A DNA stretch of 64,000 nucleotides from Hypanus sabinus (lineage: Eukaryota). Position numbers and translations under genes: made by a program. Below the pieces are notes generated by a model. The model saw nothing but the letters and a program-made list of their open reading frames with translations. It did not search any database and was not told where the DNA came from. Positions 50,351 through 63,142 of this stretch are shown here, piece by piece (the stretch's first letter is position 1; every line of letters begins with the position of its first letter). The DNA is taken from positions 131,130,001-131,194,000 of the forward strand of contig NC_082714.1 in assembly GCF_030144855.1 (NCBI RefSeq), written 5' to 3'.

Positions 50351-52940
50351 CCTGTCTGGCACTCTAGATGAGAGTGATGACCTCCTTGAGGTCTTCAGAA
50401 AGAAGAAGACAACCACCCTGCTACCACAGCTGTGCCACTGATCTTTTATCCAGTACTGGAGCTTCTCGGGCTGGTTCTTTACCCTCTCTTGTCCAGAAAT
50501 GCTGGTCATGGAAGAATACATCAAGGAAGCATTGACCTTAGGATTCATCCATCCATCAACCCAGAGCGGGGGGGGGGGGGAGGGGGGGGCTTCAATTTTG
50601 TGAGCAAGAAGCTTGCCAAACTCCATTGATTCTCAGCGCATCAACAATATCGCGCTTCCCCTGCTTGCCTTTGCATTTCAGCGGCACCAAGGAGCAACTG
50701 TATTCACCACGGTAGATCTGTGCAATACTTACAACCTGGTTCATATTCAAGAAGGGGAATGAGTGGAAGACAGCATTCAACACCTCCTCTGGCCACTATT
50801 GGTACCCCGTAATGCCATTCAATCTGGCCAACTCCCCTGCAGTTTTTCAGGCCTTGGTCGACAAAGACATGTTGAAACTGTTTGTTTTTGTGTATTTGGA
50901 TGACATTCTTGTCTATTCCTGCACTCACCAGGAATGTGATCAGTACATCCATAGACAGCTCCTCGAGAATAACCTTTACACCAAGCGGGTGATGCGTAAG
51001 TTCCATAAAGAAAAGCTGTCACTTTTGCACTATATACTCACCACTTCCAGTGTTCAAATGAGCCCAAGTAAATTTCAGGCAGTCATAGAGTGGCATCTAC
51101 GGTTAAACGGGTGTGGCGCTTCCTGGGTTGGCAAACTTTTACCACTGCTTCAGTTCCATCACATAGGTGCACTCAGCAGGCAGGATTCCACTGGACAAGC
51201 ATTCTCGGAACTAAAGTGACGCCTCATCACTGCCCCAGTGCAGCAACACCCAGACCTATCCTGGCCATTCATCACTGAGGTGGGGGCATCAGATGTCAGC
51301 ATTGTAACTGTACTCTGTCACTGCTCTTCTGTGGATAACCAGCTGCACCCTGAGTACCTCTCTTTCCTGTCACTTGACTCCTGCAGAGTGTAACTACAGT
51401 GATGGGAATTGAGAACATCTGTTAAAGAGGCTTCAGGAGCATGACGACACTGCTGGAGAGGACAAAGCACCCCCTTTTGGTATGAACAGATCACAGGAAC
51501 CTCTTCTATTTTCAGGACACAAAGCAACTCAACTCCTTTCAAGCCGGCTGGGCTCTGTTCTTCACACAGTTTAATTTCCCCCTCGTGAACCACCCCAGCA
51601 GCAAGAATACCAAGGCTGATGCTCTTTCCCAGCAGTTGAATGTGATTTGAACAACGCCAATCCAGAGCTGGTTCTTCCTCGCTCGTGTATTGCTGCTCTA
51701 GTGTTTAGGGAATAGAGGTGGAGGCGAAGGCTGTTAGATCCAGAACCAGATGTGAAACTCCCAACCAGCTGTTTGCCCCTGCCATGGTGTGCCCAGGACT
51801 GCTGGGAAGGGGCCACTCCTCCCATCTGGTTGGACATCCAGGTATTCAGCAGACCATGAACTTTATCAAGAGATGTCTTTGGTGGCCAACTATGTCCCAG
51901 GACGTCCATGACTTTGCCTCTGCCTGTCTTACTTGAACAAGACATCACACCAGTGCCCTGAGGGTGTGCTATGTCCAGTGCCTGTGCCTTACCTTCCCTG
52001 GTGCCATCTCTCAACGGATTTCATCACTGGTCTGCCCCAGTCTGATGGAAATACTGCCATTCTGGTGTTTGTGAACCAATTCACCAAGCCTGCCCACAAC
52101 ACTGCACTCCCTAAGGTCCCGTCAGCTCATTAGACTGCCACCCTCATGGTTCAGCATCCCTCCAGACGTAGTGTCTGATCAAGAACCACCTCCTGTTTTC
52201 GAAAGGCTCTCTGTTCCCTTGTGGGAGTCATAGCCAGTGGCTCACCTGGATTCCACCCCAACTTTAACGGGCAGACTGACAGAGTGAATCTAGAGCTGGA
52301 GACAACCCTGTGCTGCATTGTCTCTCTAACTTCACATCTTGGAGCTCCCAATTTGTTTGGGAAGGGATTGTCCACAATAACCACCAGTCATTCTCCACTG
52401 GCATGTCCCCTTTTGAATGCCAAAAGCCAACACTCTTCACTAACCAAAAGATTGGCATGGAAGTACTGCCCTGAACAGTTGGTCCAAAGTTACAAGCAGA
52501 TGTGGAAATGGACCTGGGCTTTTCTGCAGCTTGCTCTGAAACAACGTGCCCCGCAGACTGATCGGCTACACTGACAGGTGACTCCTCTCAAGCCTGGAGA
52601 GAAAGCCGGCTGGCATCTAGAAATCTTCCCTGGAAAGTCGAGAGCCACCTTCATAGTGAAGAAGGTTATCAACAAGGTCTCATATAAATTGCGCCTACCA
52701 TCATCAATAAAGTTTCACCCAGTGTTCAATGTTTTCCAGCTCAACCCAGTTACTACCTCCCCCCTCCCCCGCTCCAATCACTCCACCTCCCCCTTCTCCC
52801 CGGTTACTGGATGGGCCTCTGGTCCATTCTGTTCAGCACCTCCTGGTATCTCGTGGTCTGGGATAGGTATGGCCCTGAGGAACATTCCTGGGTTGCAGCC
52901 CATGACATCCTGGACAAGCCTCTCATCCGGGACTTCCGAC
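50351..52940 (+). pseudogene. pol: chromovirus pol remainder (RT, RNase H, integrase, chromodomain)
   Basis: LLEVFRKKKTTTL, VYLDDILVYS, WCHLSTDFITGLP, FHPNFNGQTDRVN, YKLRLP..FHPVFNV; chromodomain [30 protein letters not shown] at 52847-52936. Confidence 0.88.
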
Positions 52941-52989
52941 AGCCACAGGTCTCTAGAGCCTCGTGATCTGCAGCAGAGGAGCACAGCCC

Positions 52990-53415
52990 TATCAGGGACT
53001 CTGCCATAGGGTCTGCATGCCCTCACAGCTGGTTCACCATCACTCTCAAGAAAATGACAATTAGTGTATCATTGTGGTAGTATTTAACTCCCTTCTTCTC
53101 ATTCCAGTCTTGTTAGGACTTAACCAAAAGAACAGCAAAAGGTATGCTCCATTCTTACCTTTCCTCTTGCTCTGGGAAAGAAGAGTACCATTTAGATCAG
53201 TGCTATGCAAAAAGCAGTACTCATTTAGTATTCATTTACTGCTTCCTAGCCGCAGTATTGGCATCAGCTTTCAGTTTGAGAGTTTTGCTTAATAGCCCTG
53301 TTGGCCTTGCATTTATTGCTTTTCCTGCACAGTTTTTTATTAAAAGTCAGTGAACTGTTCATCTGCTTCAGTGTCCCTCCCTCTGCACTTGGGCCATAAC
53401 CACGCACTTGTGTCA
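52990..53415 (+). repeat. 3' LTR of chromovirus
   Basis: Homologous to the 5' LTR, ends TGTGTCA followed by TSD CCCAG; 5' boundary approximate. Confidence 0.85.
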
Positions 53416-54174
53416 CCCAGCTCTCTTCTCATTGCCAGCATCAGGGATGAGTTACAGTAGCCCGAAGACATGCATACATCACTTCGGAACAGCTTCTTCC
53501 CCACAGCCAAGAGATTCTTTTTCCATTACTTACTGCCCTGTTCTTCTGCCACAGAACAAAAAAAAAAATCACGACATACTGATTGCTAGTGATATTAAAC
53601 CTGATTCTAATTTTCATCCTGTGTTGCATAGGCACTGCTTGTATAGGTTCACACAAATTTTTGCACAGATGTTGGATAGTGCAGTAAATGAAAACATTAA
53701 ATGCAGCTTGGGTGCCGTGTGTGTATCAGTGGCTGATATTGCAGTGTGGACCAGAAATAAAGTGAACTGTACCAATCAAGCAGTTCTGTACATTTGTGAA
53801 TTGGTTCATTGTCTCAGAAGTAATAAATTCAGAACTGATACTGAAAATGGAATACCACAAATTCCAATCTAGTAATGTAGAAGATACTTCACAAAATTGA
53901 CTTCATATACCTCAACACATGTTGAAACTTTACACTGAAAGTTCAAATAGTCGAATGCACACCATAACATGAAAGTTAAAATAATAACTATATTTGTTTG
54001 AAGGAAATCCATATTGACATCACATGTGGATCTAAAGCTAAAGGTTTACTATACAGACCCTTCTGACAGTAGGATAAGCATAATGAAAATGACATGTTGT
54101 TAGAAAAACAGAAGTTAAAATTACAACACAAAAATAACTCAGCCTCAGAGCCACATGTTATTTCATTTATTCAA

Positions 54175-54545
54175 ATCAGAATCAGACAGGTTTAATATCA
54201 CTGGCATATGATGTGAAATTTGTTAAATTAACACAACAGTACAATGCAATACATGACAAATATAGAAAAAAGAAGAATTACAGTAGGTATATCGATGTAC
54301 ATTAAATAGTTAAATTTAACTAACAAAAACAGAAATAATAAAACAAGTGAGGTCGTGTTCATGGGTTCAATGTCTGTTTAGGAATCGAATGGCTGAGGGG
54401 AGGAAGCTGTTCTTGAGTCACAGAGTGTGTGCCTTTAGGCTCTTGTACCTTTTTCCTAACGGTAAAAATGAGAAGAGGGCATGTCCTGGGTGGTGGGGTT
54501 CCTTAATAATTGGTGCAGCCTTTCTGAGGCACAGCTTCTTGAAGA
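54175..54545 (-). mobile_element. Rex1-like LINE 3' end
   Basis: Matches 40612-40990, ATCAGA tail. Confidence 0.8.
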
Positions 54546-55332
54546 ATAGAGATTCTGTAGTCACATCTCCCCTGTTTCATATTTGTTTTGCATGATTTAC
54601 ATGAATTTAAAAAAAGACATTACATCTCTTGCTCTATCCAGAGTAGAATGTTACTCATCAACTTATAGTGAGAAATAAAAATAGATTCTTAATATGTCTT
54701 GAGCAAAGCAATGGAGTCAATTGATATCTTCAAAGCAACTGCTGTGCTTTGAAGTAGGACTTCATAGCACAGGAGTTGTAAAAATGTTCTATACTGAAGT
54801 CCACAACATTTTAATGCTGAAATGATAAATGAAGACTTAGTCAGAGAAATAAATTCTTTTGCACAAATCATATTTCATAATGACTAACCTCAATGAGCGG
54901 TAAATCAAAATACATTTATTTCTTCATATATTCTTTTATTTCATGCAAGTTTCATCTAAAATAATTTCTTCATGGAGAAAACCTAGGCTTTAGTGTACTT
55001 AGGGCAAATAAAGGCCAAGACCAATTTGTGCTCGTGACACAGATTGACTGCCATATTTCCACAAATAGGGTATATTTCAAAAGTAAATTTGTAAAGTGCT
55101 TTCAAGTGTTTGCATGTGATAAAATTCAAAGAAGCAAGGTCTTATCTGACAAGGACTTACTTGACAATGTTCAGTTGTGTCATGGTGCTCTGATAAAATG
55201 TGACTGTGAGTAATCATAAATAATACTTAAAGAAAAATGGCAAACATTAAAGGTATTTTGAAGATGTCTTAAGTTTTAAGAGGATTCAGGATTGGTCATC
55301 CTTCAGTACACAACTGTAAAGGAGAACAAATT

Positions 55333-58110
55333 GATAAGACATAGAAGCAGAATTAGGCCATTCAGCCCATCAGATCTGCCACACCATTCCATCACAGCTG
55401 GTTTATTATCCCTCTCAAACCCACTCTCCTGCCTTCTCCCCGTAACTTTTGACACCCTGAATAATCAAGAACCTATCAATCTCTGTTTGAAATATATCCA
55501 ACGACTTGGCCTCCACAGCATCTGTGGTAATAAATTTCAGATTCATTACCCTCTGGCTGAAGAATTTCCTCCTCATCTCTGTTCTAAATAGACATCCTTC
55601 TATTCTAAAACTATGCTTTCTGACCCTACACTCACCCACAAGAGGAAACATCCTCTCTACATCCACTCTATCTAGGTCCTTCAATATTCAATCAGTTTCA
55701 ATGAGATCCCCCAATATCCTTCGAAACTCCAGTGAGTACAGGCCAGGAGCCATCAAACACTCCTCAGTTAATTCCCAGAATCATTCTCCTGAACATTCTC
55801 TGGATCTTCTCCAATGCCAGCACTTATTTTTTTAGCCAAGAGACCCAAAACTGCTTATAATAAGTGCAGCCTGACTAAAGTCTTATATGGCCTCAGCATC
55901 ACAATCTTGCTTTTGTAGAAATATAGAAAACCTACAGCACAATACAGGCCCTTCAGCCCACAAAGCTGCGCTAAACATGTACTTACTTTAGAAATTACCT
56001 CAGGTTATCCATAGCCCTCTATTTTTCTGAGCTCCAAGTACCTATCCAGGAGGCTCTTAAAAGGGATTTTATATTCTTTATATTCTAGTCCTCTTAAAAT
56101 GAATGCCAACATTACATTTGCCTTTCTTACCAGCAGCTCAACCTGCAAGTTAATCTTCAGAGAGGATGCATGAGGAATCCTTAGTCCCTTTGCACACCTG
56201 ACTTTTGAATACTCTCCCCCTTTAGAAAATAGTCTACACCTTTATTCCTGCTAACAAAATGAATGATCAAACCCACTTCCCTAAACTATATTCCATCTGC
56301 CACTTCTTTACCCGCTCTCCCAGTCTGTCTGTCCTCCAGCAAACTCCCTACTTCCTCAATAGGATCTTCATATCATCTACAAACTTGGCCACAAAGCCAT
56401 CAATTCTGGAATCCAAATCATTGACATACAACACGAAGAGAAGTGGTACCACAGAAACCTGTGGAACACCACTTGTCACCGACAGCCAGCTAGAAAAGGC
56501 TCCTTTATTCTCACTCTCTGCCTTCTGTATTCAACTAATTTTCTTTCCATGCTAGTAATACCATGGGCTCTTATCTTGTTAAACACCCTTATGTGCAGCA
56601 CCTTGTGTAAGGCTTTCTGTAAATCCAAGGAAACAACATGCACTGACTCTCCTTTGTCTGTTGTGCCTGTTATTTCCTCAAAGAAATCCAATGGATTTGT
56701 CAGGCAAGTAAACCAAGTAAACCCTTTAAGTAAACCACATTGACAGACCTGTTTTATCATGTGCCTCCAAGTACCCTGTATCCTCAATGGGCTCCGATAG
56801 TCATACTAATTGGCCAGTAATTTCCTTTCTTCCTCCTCCCTTCCTTCTTAAAGGGTGAAGTGGCATATGCAATATCCAGTCCCCCAGAACCATTCCAGAA
56901 TCTAGTAATTCTTGAAAGAGTGCCTCCATGATCTCTTCAGCTATATCTTTCAATACCCTGGGATACAGACCATCAGGTCAAGTCAAGTCGAGTCAAATCA
57001 CTTTTATTGTCATTTCAACCATAACTGCTGGTACATTACATAGTAAAAATGAGACAGCTTTTTTCAGGACCACAGTATTACATGACACAATACAAAAACT
57101 AAACTGAACTACTTAAAAAACAACACAGAAAAAAAATACACGAGCCTACAGCCCTACCCAGGACTGCATAAAGTGCACAAAATAGTGCAGGCATTACAAT
57201 AAGTAATAAACAAGACAATAGCGCAGTAAGGTGTCAGTCCAGGCTTTGGGTATTGAGGAGTCTGATAGCTTGGGGGAAGAAACTGTTACTTAGTCTGGTC
57301 ATGAGAGCCCAAATGCTTCAGTGCCTTTACCCAGACAGCAGGAGGGAGAAGAGTTTGTATGAGGGGTGCGTGGGGTCCTTCATAACGCTGTTTGCTTTAC
57401 GGATGCAGCGTGTAGTGTAAATGTCTGTTATGGCGGGAAGAGAGACCCGATGATCTTCTCAGCTGACCTCACTATCCGCTGCAGGGTCTTGCTATCCGAG
57501 ATGGAGCAATTTCCGAACCAGGCAGTGATGCAGCTGCTCAGGATACTCTCAATACAACCCCTGTAGAATGTGATGACGATGGGGGGTGGCAGGTGGACTT
57601 TCCTCAGCCTTCGCAAAAAGTAGAGATGCTGCTGGGCTTTCTTTGCTATGGAGCTGGTGTTGAGGGACCAGGTGAGATTCTCCGTCAGGTGAACACCAAG
57701 AAATTTGGTGCTGTTTATGATCTCTACCGGGGAGCTGTCGATGTTCAGCGGGGAGTGGTTGCTCCATGCCCTCCTGAAGTCAACAAACATCTCTTTTGTT
57801 TTGTTCACATTAAGAGACAGGTTGTTGGCTCTGCACAAGTCCATTAGCCGCTGCACCTCCTCTCTGTAAACTCACTTATCGTTCCTGCTGATGAGACCCA
57901 CCACAGTTGTGTCATCGGCGAACTTGATGATGTGGTCCAGGTGACTTATTTATTTTCAGATATTTCAGTTTTTCACAGCACCTTTTCCTTAGTAATAGAA
58001 ATTGCACATACTTCTGCCCCCTAACAATCTCAAATTTCAGGCATACTGCTTGTGTCTTCCACAGTGAAGACTGATGCAAAATACTTATTAAGTTCTTCCG
58101 CCATTTCATT
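55333..58110 (-). mobile_element. CR1 RT region with a CR1 3' tail inserted at ~55915-56063 and a Rex-like LINE at ~56977-57932
   Basis: CLTNPLDFFEE, VSLDLQKALHKV; CR1 sequence resumes at GGTCCAGGTGACTTAT (57934). Confidence 0.82.
56977..57932 (-). mobile_element. Rex1/Babar-like LINE 3' portion
   Basis: KFADD (57910-57925), NLSLNVNKTKEM, KFLGVHLTENLTWS, KAQQHLYFLRRL; (AGTCA)n tail. Confidence 0.88.
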
Positions 58111-58114
58111 TGAT

Positions 58115-59215
58115 TGTTACTCACAATCCGATGCAACATGAAAAAACACATTAAGCACAAAGAATAGAATAAAGACACAATAAACATAAATATAAATGCA
58201 ATCCTATAAAACACAATGTACAAATAATTTACATAGACTGATTGTATGTATATGAAGTGACACCAAATGACGTATATGTCGTGGTGGTGGTGGGTGGTGG
58301 GTGGATTAATGGGTGGAAGTGTTGATCAGCTTGACAGCTTGGGGATCTAACTACTTTAACCATAACTATAGTGGTCCTGGTGTGGATGCTATGTAGCCTC
58401 TTCCCTGACAGGAATAGCAGTAAGAATGTGAGCAAAGCAAGCAGTTAATTTTGAAAATAACCAGAATCACAATCAGGTTTAATATCACTGGCATATGTCA
58501 TGAAATTTGTTGTTTTGCAGCAGCAGTACATTGCAATACATGATAATAAGAACTGTGAACTATAGTAAGTATATATGTAAGTAAAATACAAACGTATATA
58601 GTAAAACTAAATAAGTAGTGCAAAAACAGTACGGGATTCAATATCCATTCTGATGGCAGAGGGGAGGAAGCTCTTCCTGAATCATTAAATGTGTCTCTTC
58701 AGGCTCCTGTACCTCTTTCCTGATGGTAAGAGGGCATGTCCTTGGTGATAGGTGTCCTTAACGATAGATGCCTCTTTTTGAGGTATCACTCCTTTAAAGT
58801 GCCCATAATGGAGCTGACTAAATTTACAACTTTCTGCAGCTTCTTTTAATCCTGTGCAGTCATAGTACACCCTCCCCATACCAGATGGTGTTGCAGCCAG
58901 TTAGAATGCTCTCTCCTGTGCATATGTAGAAATTTGTGAGTGTCTTTGGTGACATACCAAATCTCCTCAAATCCCCAATGAAATATAATTACTGTTGTGT
59001 TTTCTGAAGGCACACACTCAATGATTCAGAAACAGATTCTTCCCTCCTTCCATCAGATATCCAAATGGACATTGAATCAATATTTTGGCCCAGGATAGGT
59101 CCTCAGTGATGTTGATACCCAAGAACTTCAAATTGCACACTCTTTCCACTTATGACTCCTCTATGTGAACAAGTGTGTGTTCCCTTGCCTTACCCTTCTG
59201 AAATCCGCAATCAGT
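58115..59215 (-). mobile_element. Rex1-like LINE 3' fragments
   Basis: LPSGKRYRSLK; ATCAGGTTTAATATCACTGGC tail shared with 54180 and 40620. Confidence 0.7.
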
Positions 59216-59238
59216 CCACAAACAAGCATAGGGCTGAG

Positions 59239-59738
59239 GTTAGTCCATCCATGGCCTCCTGCACTGTCATGAACCACACCAGGCTTGAGGAGCAACCCCT
59301 TATATTCCATTTGGTTAGCCTCCAACCTAATGGCATGAACATCAATTTCTCAAATTTTCTGTAATACTCACCAGTCCCCCACACCCCAATTTCACCATTT
59401 CCCATTCCCTTTTCCTTCTCTCACCTTATCTCCTTGCCTGCCCATCACCTCTCTCTGGTGCTCCTCCCTCCCCCAACCCACCCCCCTTTTTCTTTCTCCC
59501 ATGGCCTTCAGACACTTTCACCAATCAACTTCCCAGCTCTTTACTTCACCCCTCCCCCTCCAGGTTTCACCTATCACCTGGTGTTTCTCTCTCCCCATCC
59601 CCCAACTTTTAATTCTACTCCTCAGCCTTTTTCTCTCCAGTCCTGCCGAAGGGTTTCAGCTTGAAACATCCACTGTACTTTTTCTCCCCATAGATGCTGC
59701 CTGGCCTGCTAAGTTCCTCCAGCATTTTGGGTGTGTTG
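59239..59738 (+). mobile_element. Penelope-like element 3' end with degenerate hammerhead at ~59637-59675
   Basis: RLEEQPLIFHLVSLQPNGMNINFSNF (GIY-YIG C-terminus); 11 bp TSD ATAGGGCTGAG at 59228-59238 and 59739-59749. Confidence 0.85.
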
Positions 59739-61397
59739 ATAGGGCTGAGAGAAGTGTTGTTGCATCCTTCTTTTTAATCTTCCTAGCTCCTTGAATGGGA
59801 CCAATTCCCCAGGTTTGGTGTTGATTCGGTTTAAATAAATGAGTGCAAGTTCATTGAGTGATGTCCTGACAGCCTGTTATCGTCCTTTTTGTTTCTTCTT
59901 GGTGTTCTACCCTTTTGTTTCACAATTCCTTTATCCACTGCGTAGCAATCGAAAGTTAAATAGAGAACAGCAGCTTTAATCTTATTACTACATTTTGGAT
60001 TATTAATGATGGTATTACCCACAGACACAGCTATTAAGTCCAGCATTATCATCAAAGTGGGTGAGCTGAACACTAAGATTTTAAAACAGAGAAAACGCAG
60101 CAACACAACAAAATAAGGAAATGGATTGTATCAAAAGCTAATTTTCCCATCCTTTGGGAAAAGTACTATTCTGAGACCAGCAGGAGGGAACTGACACAAG
60201 ATGATGTTTAACCTGAGCATTTCTCCGCGCTTTGTAATGTTTACAAACGTATCTTTACTACAGATGTCTCCAATTTTTGCAGCTAAGTCCTAGAGGCCAT
60301 TTGGATAAGCTTTTACCTGAAAAGTAGAAAATCACCAAGTTCAAACATGATTGCTAAGTTAATACATAATTCTTCATTAATTTATTTTCATATTCTCAAC
60401 ACTTACTTCACTATTATGCATGACCAGTTCTATACAATTCCCAGCAACCTGTTTACAGTGACTTTGACAGAAACATAAAAATTGTTTCTTACCCATTGGT
60501 TGACTTTGGTATGAATCTCAATGAAAGCAGACAAAAATAAAAACAAATATTTTAAGAAAAGGCCAGAATTATTTTACGTGTATTCTACGAAAACCATGTG
60601 TGTTGTTCACATGTTCCATTAACTAATGTTGCTACAAATACTACACAAAAATAGAGAGCCCTCTCTGTGCTGTATTATTCTGCTCCAGATTCTGTCAGGT
60701 ATCAGCCATCATTACAGTCAGTTGGATTATGACATGCCAGCTGAGCCAGACATACCTAATTTATACTATTGTGATGCTCTGATCTCTTATAGATAGTCTA
60801 GACTGCTCCAGAGATACAAAAGAAAGATGATAGCATGATTTCACACAATAATACCTGTAGGTGTAAGTGAAAGATAAAGTTTGGTACAACAGAACATGAT
60901 GCCTTGGTGAAAGCTCCTTCTTTTAAATTTAATCTTGCAGTCTGTGCAAATAGAAACACATTCATTTGAAAATTGTGTCACTTTTGCTCAAAATGGCGAC
61001 CAGTAATATCAATCACAAGCCAGTGGGGCAGCAAAGGTTCATTTAACAGGACTGTCACTTCAGTGTTCCAAACAGATCAATCTTTAATTCCAAGGACAGC
61101 AGTCTGAGCACCATCCCAGAAAAGGTTTCTCATGTCCGACTTAATACCAGTCTTATCTCTGACTTAAGGAGTTGGATTTAAATGAAGAGGTTTGAGAAGG
61201 CCAATGATTAGGAGAGGAATTATTGGATCACAGTCCAGTCTTTTCTGCCTTTCAATAGAGTGCCTCACTGTGATCTGATCAGCTGATGGACCAGAAGGTG
61301 CAGCAATGGTGTGAAGACACAATCCTCGACAAGCAGTGTCCACCTCCCTTGATCATTGAGATTTTCCAATATTTCAGAGACACATCTAAGGATGTTT

Positions 61398-62750
61398 AGA
61401 ATATAAGAACATAAGAAATAGGAGCAGGACTAGGCCATCCGGCCTATTGAGTCTGCCCCGTCATTCAATAAGATCATTGCTGATCTGTCAATGAACTCAG
61501 CTCCATCTACCTGCCTTTTCCCCATAACCACTGTGTAAAAATCTATCTAACTGTATCTTAAATATATTTAGTGAAGAAGCCTCATCTGCTTCCCTGGGCA
61601 GAGAATTCCACAGATTCACCAGTTTCTGGGAAAAGCAGTTTCCCCTCATCTCTGTCCTAAATCTTCTCCCCTGAATTTTGAGGCAATGTCCCTTAGTTCT
61701 AGTCTCACCTACCAATGGAACCAACTTTCCAACTTCTATCTTATCTTTCCCTTTCAAAATGTTGTATGTTTCTATAAGATCCCCTCTCATTCTTCTAAAT
61801 TCCAGAGTATAGTCCCAGGTGACTCAATCTCTCCTCATAGGTTAACCCCTTCACCTCTGGAATCAATCTGGTGAGCCTCCTCTGCACTGCCTTCAAAGCC
61901 AGTATATCCTTCCTCAAGTATGGTGAATAGAACTGCACACAGTACTCCAGGTGCAGCCTCATTAGTATCCTGTATAGTTGCAACATGACCTCCCTGCTCT
62001 TGAATTCAATACCTCTAGCAATGAAGGCCAACATTCTGTTTGCCTTCTTAATAACCTGTTGTACCTGCAAGCCAACTTTTTGCAATTCATGCACAATCAC
62101 TCCCAAGTCCCTCTGCTCAACAGCATGCTGCAATCTTTCACCATTTAAATAATAATCTGCTCTTCTATTTTTCCTTCCAAAGTGGATGATCTCGCATTTA
62201 CCAATGTTGTATTCCATCTGCCAGACCTTGGCCCACCCACTTAACCTATCTATATCCCTCTGCAGACTCTCCACATCCTCTGTACAATTTGCTTTTCCAC
62301 TCAGTTTAGTGTCATCAGCAAATTTTGCTATGCTACACTCAGCCCCCTCTTCCAAATCATCAATGTAAATGGTAAACAGCTGCGGACCCAGCACCGACCC
62401 CTGTGGCACCCCACTCACCACTGACTGCCAACCAGAGTAACACCCATTTATACCAACTCTCTGTCTTCTATTGGTTAACCAATCCACTATCCATGCCAAT
62501 ACACTTCCTCCAAATCCATGCATCCGTATCTTATTTATAAGTCTCTCGTGCGGCACTTTATCGAACGCCTTCTGGAAATCCAAATATATGACCTGTTCCC
62601 CTCTATCCACTGCACTAATTATGTCCTCAAAGAACTCCAGTAAGTTTGTCAAACAGGACCTGCCCTTTCTGAATCCATGCTGCATCTGTCTAATGGAACC
62701 ACTCCTTTCTAAATGTTTCGCTATTTCTTCCTTAATGACAGCTTCAAGCA
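61398..62750 (-). mobile_element. 5'-truncated CR1 with a long uninterrupted RT frame
   Basis: ORF 61795..62796: QHGFRKGRSCLTNLLEFFE, YLDFQKAFD, GVPQGSVLGP, FADD; (ATAAGAAC)n tail. Confidence 0.93.
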
Positions 62751-63142
62751 AGATGTGATTAGGAGAGAAAGGGAAAGTAGGGACAGAATTTAACAATAAT
62801 AAAATTTGAAGGAATTAGTTACATGCATAAAAATTAATATTCATTCCAAGGGATAGTTTAGAAGCTTTTCTTCTGTATTTCACATGTAGCTGCTGATAAG
62901 TTGAGCCCCGAGAAGACCCTGAAAGCTGAATTTATTGTGGAGCAGTAAAGTTATTCAGACCATTCTTTGCCATGCCCTCCACATTTCCATGCTTTTTATT
63001 TGCTTAAAAGCTGATATCTTGTTTTCATGAAACATCATCAACATGAAAATTTAGTACTGTTTATCCATCCTGGCACAATCTTTCCCACCATCAAGGATAT
63101 TTTTAAGAAGTGGTACCTCAGGAAGGCAGCATCCATTGTTAC

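Larger units (their letters stand above)
43881..53415 (+). mobile_element. Sushi-like chromovirus (Ty3/Gypsy LTR retrotransposon), decayed, with nested insertions
   Basis: Paired LTRs, 5 bp TSD CCCAG (43876-43880 and 53416-53420); gag MDP.. and PPQDRYSGNPNSCR; RT MPFNLANSPAVFQ..VYLDD; RNase H; integrase STDFITGLP; chromodomain. Confidence 0.92.
43825..53505 (+). mobile_element. Rex1-like 3' fragment (43825-43880 and 53416-53505) that is the chromovirus target site
   Basis: AGAAAGGCAGCATCAATCATTAAGGA..CCCAG | CTCTCTTCTCATTG..GGAACAGCTTCTTCCCC joins into the Rex 3' consensus seen at 33580-33690. Confidence 0.7.

Noticed and set aside
50567-50590. G-run as a functional G-quadruplex or PPT
   Set aside because: Homopolymer expansion within decayed chromovirus RT just before GFNFV; no positional support
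61795-62796. 333 aa ORF as a host or domesticated gene
   Set aside because: It is a 5'-truncated CR1 RT; the N-terminus is flanking DNA and the frame shifts before the CR1 C-terminus
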